Shown in pieces: positions 22,646 through 34,110 of a DNA stretch of 64,000 bases; position 1 is the stretch's first letter, and each line of letters starts with the position of its first letter. Source of the DNA: Squalus acanthias (taxonomy: Eukaryota). The DNA is taken from assembly GCA_030390025.1 (NCBI GenBank), contig CM059431.1:131070001-131134000 (forward strand). Reading direction: 5' to 3'. Below the pieces are notes generated by a model. It was given only the letters and a program-made list of their open reading frames with translations. It was not told where the DNA came from and ran no database searches. A program made the translations under genes and the position numbers.

Positions 22646-25600
22646 GTAAGAACATAAGAAATAGGACCAGGAATAGGCCACTTGGCCCCTCGAGCCTGCT
22701 CCGCCATTCAATAAGATCATGGCTGATCTTGGGCTCAAAGCCACTTCCCCGCCTGCTCCCCATAACCCTTTATCTTGCAAAAATTTGTCTATCTCCACCT
22801 TAAATGTATTTAATGACCCATCCTCCACAGCTCTCTGGGGCAGAGAATTCCACAGATTTACGACCCTCTGAGAGAAGAAATTCCTCCTCATCTCAGTTCT
22901 AAAAGGGCGACCCTTTATTCTAAAACTGTGCCCCCGCATTCTAGATTTCCCCACGAGGGGAAACATCCTCTCTGCATCTACCTTGTCATGCCCCCTCAGT
23001 ATCTTATATGTTTCAATAAGATCACCTCTCATTCTTCTAAATTCCAATGAGTATAGGCCCAGCCTTCTCAACCTTTCCTCATAAGTCAACCCCCTCATCT
23101 CTGGAATTAACCTAGTGAATCGTCTCTGAACTGCCTCCAATGCAAGTATATCCTTCCTTAAATAAGGAGACCAAAACTGTACGCAGTACTCAAGGTGAGG
23201 TCTCACCAATACCCTGTACAGTTGTAGCAGGACTTCGCTGCTTTTATACTCCAACCCCTTTGAAATAAAGGCCAACATTCCATTTGCCTTTTTGATTACT
23301 TGCTGTACCTGCATGCTAACTTTTTGTGTTTCATGCACAAGGACCCCCAGGTCCCTCTGAACTGCAGCCTTTTGTAATCTCTCTCCATTTAAATAATAAT
23401 TTGCTTTTTTATTTTTCCTGCCAAAGTGTATAACCTCGCACTTTCCCACATTATACTCCATCTGCCAAATGTTTGCCCACTCACTTAGCCTGTCTATATC
23501 CCTTTGCAGGTTCTTTGAGTCCTCTGCACAACTTGCTTTCCCACCCATCTTTGTATCATCCGCAAACTTGGCTACATTACACTCGGTCCCTTCATCCAAG
23601 TCATTAATGTAGATTGTAAATAGTTGAGGCCGCAGCACCGATCCCTGTGGCACCCCACTAGTTATCGTTTGCCAACCAGAAAATGACCCATTTATCCCGA
23701 CTCTCTGCTTTCTGTTAGTTAGCCAATTCTCTATCCATGCTAATATATTACCCCCAATTCCATGAGCTCTTATCTTATGCAGTAACCTTTTATGTGGCAC
23801 CTTATCTAATGCCTTCTGGAAATCCAAATACACCACATCCACTGGTTTACCTTTGTCCACCCTGCTCGTTACCTCCTCAAAGAACTCCAGCAAGTTTGTT
23901 AAACATGATTTCCCTTTCATAAAACCATGCTGACTCTGCCTGACTGCATTATGATTTTCCAAATGCCCTGCTACTGCTTCCTTAATGAAGGACTCCAGCA
24001 CTTTCCCAACGACAGATGTTCGGCTAACTGGTCTATAGTTTCCTGCTTTCTGTCTCCCTCCTTTCTTAAATAGGGGTGTTACATTTGCAGTTTTCCAATC
24101 CGCTGGGACCTCTCCAGAATCCAGGGAATTTTGGTATATTGCAACCAATGCATCCGCTATCTCTGCAGCCACTTCTTTTAAGACTCTGGGATGCAGGCCA
24201 TCTGGTCCAGGGGACTTGTTATCTTTTAGTCCCATTATTTTACCAAGTACTATTTCATTAGTGATAGCGATTGTCTTTAGTTCCCCCCTCCCTGTGGCCC
24301 CTTGATTATCCATTATTGGGATGCTGTTAGTGTCTTCTACTATGAAGACAGATACAAAATATTTGTTCAGAGTCTCTGCCATTTCCCCGTTCCCTATTAT
24401 TAAATCCCCAGTCTCTTCCTCTAAGGGACCAACGTTTACTTTAGCTACCCTCTTCCTTTTTATATACCTGTAGAAGTTCTAATTATCTGTTTTAATGTTT
24501 CTTGCCAGTTTACTTTCATAATTCATCTTCTCTCTCTTTATTATTTTTTTAGTCATCCTTTGCTGGTTTTTAAAAAGTTCCCAATCCACTGGTCTCCCAC
24601 TAATCTTGGCAACATTGTATGCCTTCGTTTTCAATTTGATACCATCCTTTACTTCCTTCGTTAACCACGGATAGTGCTCCCTTCTCTTAAAATCTTTCTT
24701 TCTCACTGGAATATATTTTTGTTGAGAGTTATGAAATATCTCCTTAAATGTCCGCCACTGCATTTCAACTGTCTTACCCTTTAATTAATTTTTCCAGTCC
24801 ACTTTAGCCAGTTTTGCCCTCATGCCACTGTAATTGCCTTTGTTTAAGATCAGGACACTGGTTTGAGATATAACTTTCTCACCCTCCAACTGAATTTGAA
24901 ATTCAACCATGGTATGATCACTCTTTCCTAGAGGATCCTTTACTATGAGATCATGTATTAATTCTGTCTCATTACATAGTACCAGATCCAAGATAGCCTG
25001 CTCCCTGGTTGGTTCCATTACATACTGTTCTAGGAAACCATCCCGGATGAACTCTCTGAACTCCTCCTCAAGGCTACCATGGCCAATTTGATTTGTCCAA
25101 TCAATATGGAGATTAAAATCACCCATGATTATTACCATACCTTTTTTACATGCCTCCATTATTTGTTCATTTATACTCTGTCCAACAGCATTGCTACTGT
25201 TCGGGGACCTGTAGACTACGCCCACCAGAGACTTTTTCCCTTTATTTTTTTTTATCTGCACCCAAACTGATTCTACATCTTGATCTTCTGAGCCAATATC
25301 ACTTCTCACCACTGCACTGATCCCATCCTTTACCAACAAACCCACCCCACCTCCCTTTCCTTTCTGTCTATCCTTCCGAATTGTCAAATACCCTGGAATA
25401 TTCAGTTCCCAGCCCTGATCACCTTGCAACCACGTCTCTGTAATGGCGATCAGATCATACCCATTTGTATCTATTTCTGCCGTCAACTCATCTATCTTGT
25501 TACGAATGCTGCGTGCATTCAGATATAGAGCTTTTAACTTTGTCTTTTTAACATTCCTCCTTGTTTTGGCCTCATTTTCTGTTGCTCTCTTATTTTTAAA

Positions 25601-25752
25601 CATTCTGTCCCTTCCTGTCACACTCTGGTTATTATTTCCCCCATCTCTATCCTGCTCTATTGCTTTGTCATTTCTCATTGACTTTTTTAATTCCCGCTCA
25701 CCTGGATCCTCCCCCCCCCCCCCCTCACTATTCAGTTTAAAGCCCTCTCTAC
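22646..25752 (-). mobile_element. CR1 LINE with nearly complete ORF2 (APE endonuclease plus RT), frameshifted
   Basis: APE 24785..25765 (LNARS, ITETW, GDFN, SDH). RT 22505..24382 (GVPQGS, FADD). TTCTTATG-type tail at about 22646-22660. Confidence 0.95.
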
Positions 25753-26250
25753 AATAAAATAGCAATAAATATAAACTGGATAAATAAATAAAAATTGCCT
25801 CATTAAATGCTCAAAAGTAAATTATATGGGTGAGAAATTGGGCTGTGTAGCGACTGTTTTTTAGGTGTTACATGACCTCCTATTGCTCAGAAATGCGGTC
25901 TGAGATGCTCGCACACACTTCTGATGGGAAGTGTGCTGGACGCCATCTTGGTAAAGCGGTTTCCTCGCGTGCACCCATGCAGAGCAGGCAGATTATGACA
26001 TTAATCAGTGTGCAATGCTGGTTTGACTCCAGTGCTGTCATTTTTAAGCACCACACTGCAGCCTATGCCCTTTCTTAACCTTGCACAGCTGAAGTGGCGT
26101 TAAACAAAAGGAAGGACCCCCCACCAGCACTATTTAAAGGGATCATGAACTACTTACAGGTTAGTTGCTGGATTAATTCTTTCGGCTGCTGGTGAAATTG
26201 TACACGTTTTTGGAGCTTTCCTATACTTGGCTAAAGTTTGAATAGTGTAA

Positions 26251-27183
26251 TTGAGCGTGACTGGAAGAATGAAGAAAGGCCATGCAGAGCAGGACAAGCT
26301 ACTAGAAGAGGGAAGGGGGAGAAGGGCTCTTAGCAGGAGGCCATATCCACAGAGAGTCTTTAGGGAGCAATTCTCTTACCTCAACTTCAGCAAGGACCAA
26401 TGCATGAGACGTCTTTGTTTCACAGAAGAGCCACAAGTGCAATCTCAAAGCAAGACAAAGCCTGTTGCTGTCAAGGTGATCGTGGCTCTTAACTTTTATG
26501 CATCTGGCTCCTTCCAGCCTGCGGCTGGAGATATAAGCAACATCTCGCAGTTTGCAGTACACTGCTGCATAAGGGAGGTCACTGAGGCTCTCTATACACA
26601 GAGAGACAGCTTCATCTCATTCCCTCTTGCCAGAGACAAGCAGGCGGAGCGAGCACAAGGGTTTGCACGGATTGCAGGCTTCCCCATGGTGCAGGCTGCC
26701 ATTGACTTCACGCACATTGCCTTGCGTGCGCCACAAGTGAACTTGGCCATTTTCATAAACCAAAAGGAATTCCTCTCCTTCATTGTACAGCGCATCATGC
26801 AGGTGAGTGCCCGTTATCCTGGCAGTAGTCATAATTCCTTTATTCTGTGGCAGTCCTCTTTGCCATCTGTATTTGACCCACCATGGCAAACCAAAGGGTG
26901 GCCATTGGACCACAAAGGTTATCCACTGATGGCATGGCTCATGACACTGGTCCGGAACCCACGCACACGTGCACAGCAGACATACAATGACAGCCATGCT
27001 GTCACAAGAAACATTACAGAGCACACCGTCAGTGTCCTCAAGCAACGCTTCCACTGCCTGGACCACTGTGGAGGAGCCCTGCAGTACTCAGCTGAGCAGG
27101 TATCAAGATTTGTGGTAGTATGCTGCATGCTGCACAATCTGGCCATTATGAAGGAACAGCCCTTGCCACCACCTATTAGATGA
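26251..27183 (+). pseudogene. Harbinger/HARBI1-like DDE transposase, decayed
   Basis: ALNFYASGSFQ, AIDFTHI, YPGSSHNS, KGYPL, LKQRFHCL and CCMLHNLA; catalytic motifs altered. Confidence 0.88.
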
Positions 27184-27192
27184 GAAGCTGAG

Positions 27193-28809
27193 GAGGTGAT
27201 CTCACTGAAACATATAAGATTCTGAGAGGGATTGACAGGGTAGATGCTGAGAGGTTGTTTTCCCTGGCTGGAGAGTCTAGAACTAGGGGGCATAGTCTCA
27301 GGATTAGGGGTCGGCCTTTTAAGACTGAAATGAGGAAGAAGTTCTTCACTCAGAGGGTTGTGAATCTTTGGAATTCTCTGCCCCAGAGGGCTGTGGATGC
27401 TGAGTCGCTGAATCTATTCAAGGCTGAGATAGATAGATTTTTGGACTCATGGGGAATCAAGGGATATGGGGATCGGGCAGGAAAGTGGAGTTGAGATCAA
27501 AGATCAGCATTGTTAGAAACTAGGGGTGCCTAAAAATATATATGGTTATGCAAATGAAACTGTAATGTGAATAATACTGTTTAAATGATTGTATTAGTGC
27601 TCGAGACAAGTAAGGGGTTAATGTATAAGTTGTGTTTTACTAGAACTGTGTACGTTTCATTTTCCTGGAGGCTTGTATTAGACTTTGAGACAATATGTCT
27701 TCAGTTAGTTAGATTAGATGAGGCATAACATCCCACATAGGGGCCTATAGCATGGCCTTGCCTGCCAGGCTAACTGTCTGTTGTTTGTAAGTTAGGCTTT
27801 TGATTTTGTTAATGTATCTTTAATTTGGCAATTGAAGGCCAAACCTATGTTTCTTCCATTATTACTAATAACCATATTATAATGCTAAGGTAGAATTTGG
27901 AGTTTGTTTAACAGAACTGCTTGCGAAGATAATTAAAAGTTAATTAGTATAAAGTACATAGAATAGAAGGAATTTATGGGAGTTAAGGTATCATCTTGGG
28001 ATGGAATAGTCTGTTAGATCAAGGGGAGATAGTTTGGATGGCGGCTGGTTGAGTAAGACAGATCTGGCTTGGGCCTCTGATTTAATGGCCCAAAACTGTG
28101 CCTGGTATACGCACTGGCTGCACCAGGGGGGACAAGACAGGATGAGATAAGAGACTATTGTTTTGGAAGGAAAGGGCTGGATGAGATAAGGGAAGACAGT
28201 CCTCAACATGCTGTAAGGTCAAGTACAGAAAGCATGCGTAATGGTTGTGAAGACCCCTTGAGGGAGGGTCTTCATCGGTAAGTTTACACAAAGAACTCGA
28301 CATGCCATTGGGTATCTTGTTTTAAGGGGAACCTCTATAGGTTAAATGGTCTTGTCCATTATTCTACCTCAGACCCATCCCTAAAAATAAAATAAAAGGA
28401 AGAACCAAAGAACTCTTAGCTCAGACAGGGGAGCAGAGGGCTCCCAAGAGTGAGTTGGTGGTCTAACACTCTTCAGAGAGTGGACACACGTGGACCCTAG
28501 TCTAACACTCTTGGGTAGTTCAGAGAAAGAGAGAGAGAGACATGTGAGACAAGAAGGAGGACGAATAAGAAGAGTTGTTCGTGCACGCCAGCCATCTGTC
28601 CGATTGGGTCCGGTACCAGCTTGTCATGGTCGTATGTTTTTGCTGTATAACTAGTGTGTTATATTCCATCCTAAACTCTGATTAAACATACCAACCATAC
28701 CAGAGATACACGAATCTCTACAGCATTGATCTTATTGAATGGTGGAGCAGGCTCGAGGGGCCGAATGGCCTATTCCTGCTCCTAATTCTTATGTTCCTAT
28801 GTTCTTATG
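27193..28809 (+). mobile_element. CR1 3' fragment split by a solo LTR
   Basis: GESRTRGHSLRIRG...VVNLWNSLP; 3' UTR resumes at 28727; TTCTTATG tail. Confidence 0.88.
27511..28722 (+). repeat. Solo LTR (1212 bp)
   Basis: Ends TGTTAG and CTACA; 4-bp TSD GCAT (27507-27510 and 28723-28726); ATTAAA at 28681; excision restores the CR1 3' UTR. Confidence 0.85.
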
Positions 28810-29679
28810 AGTACGAGGAAGAGGAGGAGGAGGAGGAGGAGGAAGTGGAGGAAGTGGAGGAGGAGGAAATGCAATAGGAAGTGGAGGAATACAAATAGGA
28901 AGGGAGGCTACAATGTAGACAGACCCATTCTGCCCGGGCTCTATGAGATCAAATAATTCATGAGCAATACGAGTAACCTCAACCACACCTCCCTATTCAC
29001 CAACAGTCCCACACTCCTTACCTTTCCTCTATCACTGACCATCACATCGTCCTCTTTCCGACAGAACAAAAATTAAAACCACCAGAAAATGCACATTCTA
29101 ATCTAATGTTATAAATTCAATCATGACATAATGCATACAAAATTAAACTAATCACCCTTGTGCATTCCCTTAGTGCCTGTCTTCCTTTACCTCTCATAGT
29201 GCTCCTATGAGGTGCTTCCCCAGTGGCTGCAGCATGGGTGGTGGAAGGCTGCTGACCTTCAATTGAGGAGACTGCAGAGGGCCTTGGAGGATGACCTCAA
29301 GCAGCTCTGAGCCTAGAAGGACCGGCTTCAGACTGCACCATCTCGGTCTGAGCTGCAGCAGTCTGGGTTGGCTGGCTGACAGACAATAGCAAGGGCACTG
29401 ACAGCGTAACAGGGGTGGGAGCAGGAATGCTGTCATCCTGAGAGAGGACAGCAGGCTCATGACATCAGATGCTGCATCATGGTGGGTTCCACAGGTGTGC
29501 TGATGGAGGTGAACACCCATTCCATGTTGGAAAGGCTGGGCTCCAAGCTCTGCACAAAGCCCTGTGTCAAGTTGGTGCTGGGATTCTTCCATGCTCCTTT
29601 ACCTTGTGCACAGGCTTTCTGGCAGGCTTTCCAGTGCACCAAGCATTTGGTTATGTATACCCATCAGCCTTCTTCTGTA

Positions 29680-29878
29680 CGATAGCAAAATACTGCAGAT
29701 GCTGGAAATCCGAAATAACAACAGAAAACGCTGGAAAAACTCAGCAGGCCAGGCAGCATCCGTAGAGAGAGAAAGAGAGTTGATGTTTCAGGTCGATGAC
29801 CTTTCTGGTCATCGACCTGAAACGTCAACTCTCTTTCTCTCTCTACGGATGCTGCCTGGCCTGCTGAGTTTTTCCAGC
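29680..29878. mobile_element. Short Penelope-tail insertion forming a 72-bp inverted repeat
   Basis: Arms 29730-29801 and 29807-29878; flanking duplication CAGCCTTCTTCTGTA; sequence matches the tail at 54765-54840. Confidence 0.85.
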
Positions 29879-30754
29879 CTTCTTCTGTAGCCTGGCCCAT
29901 CAAAGTCCTCATATGACTCCTCTACAGCAGAACTAGTGTGCGACCTAGCCATCTGGCGAGCTGGCACCTGCGCTAACCTTTCCCCCCACCCTGGCTCCTG
30001 CGTACTTGTGCCCGGTGTCTCACCACGTGCAGATCCCTCCTCCATCCTAGCCTCTAAAATACGCGCAGTGTCAGTCTCTAAGCTGGTGGCTGTGAGTGTA
30101 AGATTGAGTGATGGTGTTTCTTCATCTTCATTGTCTTCTTCCTCTTCCTCCACTGACTGAGCAGGTTCAAGTTCTTGGGTATCTGAAATGAAAAATGGAC
30201 AAGGGTTGGGTTGTGGTGAGGGTAGAGGAGAAAGTAAGAAGTGCATGCTTACACCTTGTGCAGCTTGTAAGTCAGAAGAGATTGTGGAATGAGGGAGAAG
30301 CAGGATGAGAGAAGGAGGATTACATATGCGGATACCCTCATCATTGATCGCTTCAGTTCCAGTGGCTACGGCCTCAGTGATGCCCCTTCCCATGATGGAC
30401 AGCACTGTCCCCTCCATGAGGGTTTAAACAGTTCTTTGCTGCAGCCTGCTGTTATGCACCACCTTCTCCTGTAAGAAAGAGGGAAGTGTGTCAGTAAGTG
30501 TCTTGCAATATGTTTGGGTGATGCAGCTGGCATGCCTGAATAGCTGCCAGTGTGTACGAGCTTTGAGTTGTGGGTGCGAGGCTTGCTACAGTGCTAAGTG
30601 TGTGAGGGTGAAATAAAGCAAATTAATTGTAGGGTTGAGTACTGACTGATAGAGCTTGTTGGTAGGTGGGTGATGGGGGTGTAGTGAATTGAACAGTGGA
30701 TGAGGCTAGTGGTGCAGTTGGTAGAATATACCATTTGAAGGTGAACTCACTCAC

Positions 30755-30994
30755 CCTGACAACTCGTGTGAGATCATTAAACTTCTTCCTGCACTGCATC
30801 CAGGTTCTTGGAGCAACACTCCTGGCACTGACCTCCGCTGCTACTTGTTCCTACTGCCTCCTGAGCATATATCTAGAGGGTCTCCTGCCCCGCTGCGGGT
30901 CTAGGACGTCTCTCCTTCTTTTCACCTCTTCCACCAAGACCTCCAGTGCATTGTCTGAAAACCTTGGTGCTTGCTCTCTCGCATGTTCAGCCAT
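30755..30994 (-). pseudogene. Harbinger Myb/SANT-like gene, exon 1 (further exons to about 29200)
   Basis: MAEHAREQAPRFSDNALEVLVEEV...RQ*EQVA...RTWMQCRKKFNDL, then donor GTGAGT. Confidence 0.8.
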
Positions 30995-31304
30995 TGCTCA
31001 AGGTATCACAGGCCAGATTGACTTTTGAAAAAACTCCCACCACTTCTTGCAGCCACAATGCTTCACAACTTAAGAGGTGCAGGCTGCCTTTAAGTAGCCC
31101 TACCCACTGGCATTATCGGGTCCCCAGGTGATGCGTGCAGCCAATGAACAGCATGGGGAGTGTTGGCTGCATGCAGCTATCATTTAAAAGAGTAGGCAGC
31201 ACCAATTTAACGTGCTGCCTGCAATGCAGTGAACGAGCACAGGTTAATTGCGTACCGCGATTCCCCGCAACCGTTTTCAGGGTGAGCCACTTTCTCCCCA
31301 TATA

Positions 31305-31403
31305 TACAAAAGCAAAACACTGTGGATGTTGGAAATCTGAAATAAAAACAGAAAATGCTGGAAATACTCAGCAGGTCAGACAGCATCTGTGGAGAGAGAA
31401 ACA
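31305..31403 (-). repeat. Penelope tail fragment
   Basis: Similar to 29683-29772 and to the reverse complement of 54790-54860. Confidence 0.7.
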
Positions 31404-31673
31404 TATATGCTCCCCAAATATGCTGTTTCCATTTTTCATGTAAAAAATAGATTTATTTTTATATTCAGATCTGGAACTAGTTCCTGTCTTTCTTCTATCA
31501 GAAACTTTCAAAGACTTGGAAAGAGGGGTAAGGGGTAAAGCTCATGAATAGGACTGGTATGGTCTACAAGCAGGAGCTCCTGGCACACTGGATAGCTGGT
31601 TTTGCTGTCCATCCTAAAATCATCGATTTTCTTTCCTCTGATAAACATCATGGACCTCAGATACAAGTTCTTG

Positions 31674-34110
31674 AGGGCTAAATTGAATAAGGTCCAAAAA
31701 TGGGTGCGGGGATCGCGATGCGCGATCTGCCTGCGCCCGTTGAAAGTAATGAAGGCAGCACACGAAATTCGTGTTGCTTGCTCATTAACATGATTGAAGC
31801 ACTGAGCCCAGTGCTGAACGCGCTGCTGGTTGGCTGAGTGCTCAGCAGGGGAAGGGGGAAGTCTGCTGTATTTAAAGGTTGCCTACAGAGTGAAACGCTG
31901 CCTGCACTTCTAAAAGGGGAGGTACTTTGTGAAAGAAGTATCTCATTCTGAGTGGAGCTAAGCAAAGAGGAAGTCAGCAATGTCACAACAGGGCAGAGAA
32001 AGGGCATCTCGGTTCTCAGAAACAGCACTGTAGGCCTTGGTGCAGGGGGCGATAGGAGAAAGCAGCTCCTCTACCCGCAGGGGGCCAGGAAGCCTTCAAG
32101 ACAGATTGTTCAAAGGCAGTGGGAACAGATAGCTGAAGTGGTCGGTGCCACTAGTCTCTGCCCGAGGACCTGACCCAGTGCCAGAAGAAGTTTAATGACC
32201 TCACACGAGTGGTCAAGGTCATTGAATGCATCTACAAATGCCATATCTCACCAGCTGCACCACTAGCCTCACACACTGCTTAATGCACCGAACAACTGTC
32301 ACTCACCTATCAACAATCTCTATCAATCACGACTCATACACCACAATCATAGCTTCACCTCACTCTCACACATTTACCACTGTGTCAAGCCTCACACCCA
32401 CACCTCACACCTTACACACAATGTCAGCCATTCAACCATGACAGGTGCATCACCCAAACACATTGCACCACACTCACTGGCACACCTACCTTTCTCTTTG
32501 CAAGCCAAGGTGGCGCAGAACCGATGCTAGCAGGAGCTAACAGGCGGGGGCAAACACGGCTGTAAAACCTGACCCAGCTGGAAGAGACGGTTCTCGATAT
32601 AATTGGAGGGGCCGTCACTGAGAGTGTGGCGATCGGCGAGGCTAAAAGCATTGATGGTGAGGGTATGCTCATACCTAATCCTTCTTCTCACAACCCACTT
32701 CCCCCTCATTCCACAATCTCTTCTCACTTACAAGCTGCTGATGATGTAAGGATGCAAATCTTACTTTTGCTCCGTCCCCTCACCACAACCCAACCCTTGT
32801 GCCTTTCTCTTTTCAGATACCCAGGAACTGCCACCAGCCCAGCCTGTGCAGGGAGAAGTAGAGGAGGAAAGTGATAGAGAAAAAGAGACACGGTCACTCG
32901 ATCAGACACTCCCAGGCACCAGCTCAGTAAAAGGCACTGTGTGAACTTTAGAGGGTAGTATAGAGGCAGGATCTGATTGTGGTGAGTCACTGGGCATGAG
33001 TGGCCTGCAGCCAGGCCAGGGGAAAGTGTAGCGCAGGTGCCAACTCCCCAGAGGGCGAGTTCACATGCGAGTTCTGCTGCAGAGAACTCAGATGATGACC
33101 TCGATGGGGTGGCCTTCAGAAGAAGGGTGATGAGCATGCACACAGAAATGCTTGCTGCAATGGCAGGCCTGTCAGAGAGGCTGTTGTCACTGTCAAGGAG
33201 TATGGAGAAGTCCAGCTCCAACCTTGCCCGGGGCTTTGTGAAGAGCTTGGAGCCCATGATTTCCAAGATGGAAGTGAAGGGCAATTCCATTAGAGCACTT
33301 GTGGACCCAACCATGATGCTGAGTGTGATGGACGATCTCTCAGCTTCCATTGCAGCAGAAGCGGAAGTGATCCAACGTCTGAGTGCTGCAGTGGAAGCGC
33401 AGACTGCTCTCATGCAGGCTCAGTTTGCTGCCACGCAAGATCAGACTGCGGCTATCGTGGCTGGGTTTACGAGTGTTGAAAGGGGCTTGCAGGGTCTCAC
33501 AGCAGGCCAGCAATCTGACATCCAACAGATGGCTAGCAATGCTGAGGTGCCACCCCAGGGGAGTGGCAGTGGGTCTGTGGAGCAAGAACCTGCTGTCCTC
33601 TCTCAGGATGACAGTATTCATACTTCTACCACTGCCACTCCGCCAGTGCCATTGCAGTTCTCTGTCAGCCAGCTCAGACTGCTGCCGCCCAGGCCAAGGA
33701 GGTGCAGTCTATGATCTCATCGAATGGCGGAGCAGGCTCGAGGGGCCAAATGGCCTACTGCTGCTCCTATCTTCTATGTTTCTATGTTTCTACAGCCGGG
33801 CCTTCTAGGTCCAGAGCTGCTCTGGGTCGTCCTGCAAGACTATCTGCAGTGTACTCCACTGAAAGTCAGCAGCCTTCCACCAGCCATGCTGCAGCCACTG
33901 GGGTAGCACTGCAAAGGAGCACTAGCATAGGTAAAGGAACACAAAAGACAGATACTAAGGGAATGCACAAGGGTGATTAGTTGACTTTGTAATGTAATAT
34001 TAGAATTCATCATTTGTAAATTATGTTTGGAATGTTTGTTTTATGGTGGCTTTCATTCCAGTCTTGTGCACAAGAGGACACTGTAATGTTCCGTGACAGA
34101 GGGATGGTAA
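31674..34110 (+). mobile_element. Harbinger derivative keeping only the spliced Myb-like gene; contains a CR1 UTR fragment at 33711-33790
   Basis: Exon 31980-32217 reads RERASRFSETAL...QWEQIA...QCQKKFNDL. ORF 33037..33714 is homologous to 29200-29990 on -. Confidence 0.75.

Larger units (their letters stand above)
25828..31299. mobile_element. Harbinger DNA transposon with convergent transposase and Myb-like genes; degenerate, with three nested insertions
   Basis: TIR-like ends GGGTGAGAAATTGG and CCACTTTCTCCCC; transposase on +, Myb/SANT gene on -. Confidence 0.85.

Noticed and set aside
26251..27183. Domesticated HARBI1 gene
   Set aside because: Lies between TIRs with a partner Myb gene and has deletions and altered catalytic motifs.
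28789..28986. Poly-proline ORF on -
   Set aside because: Antisense reading of the GAG/GGA repeat that probably encodes the acidic transposase tail.
33037..33714. 225-aa coiled-coil ORF as a host gene
   Set aside because: Homologous to the last exon of the Harbinger Myb-like gene seen at 29200-29990 and 55700-56050.
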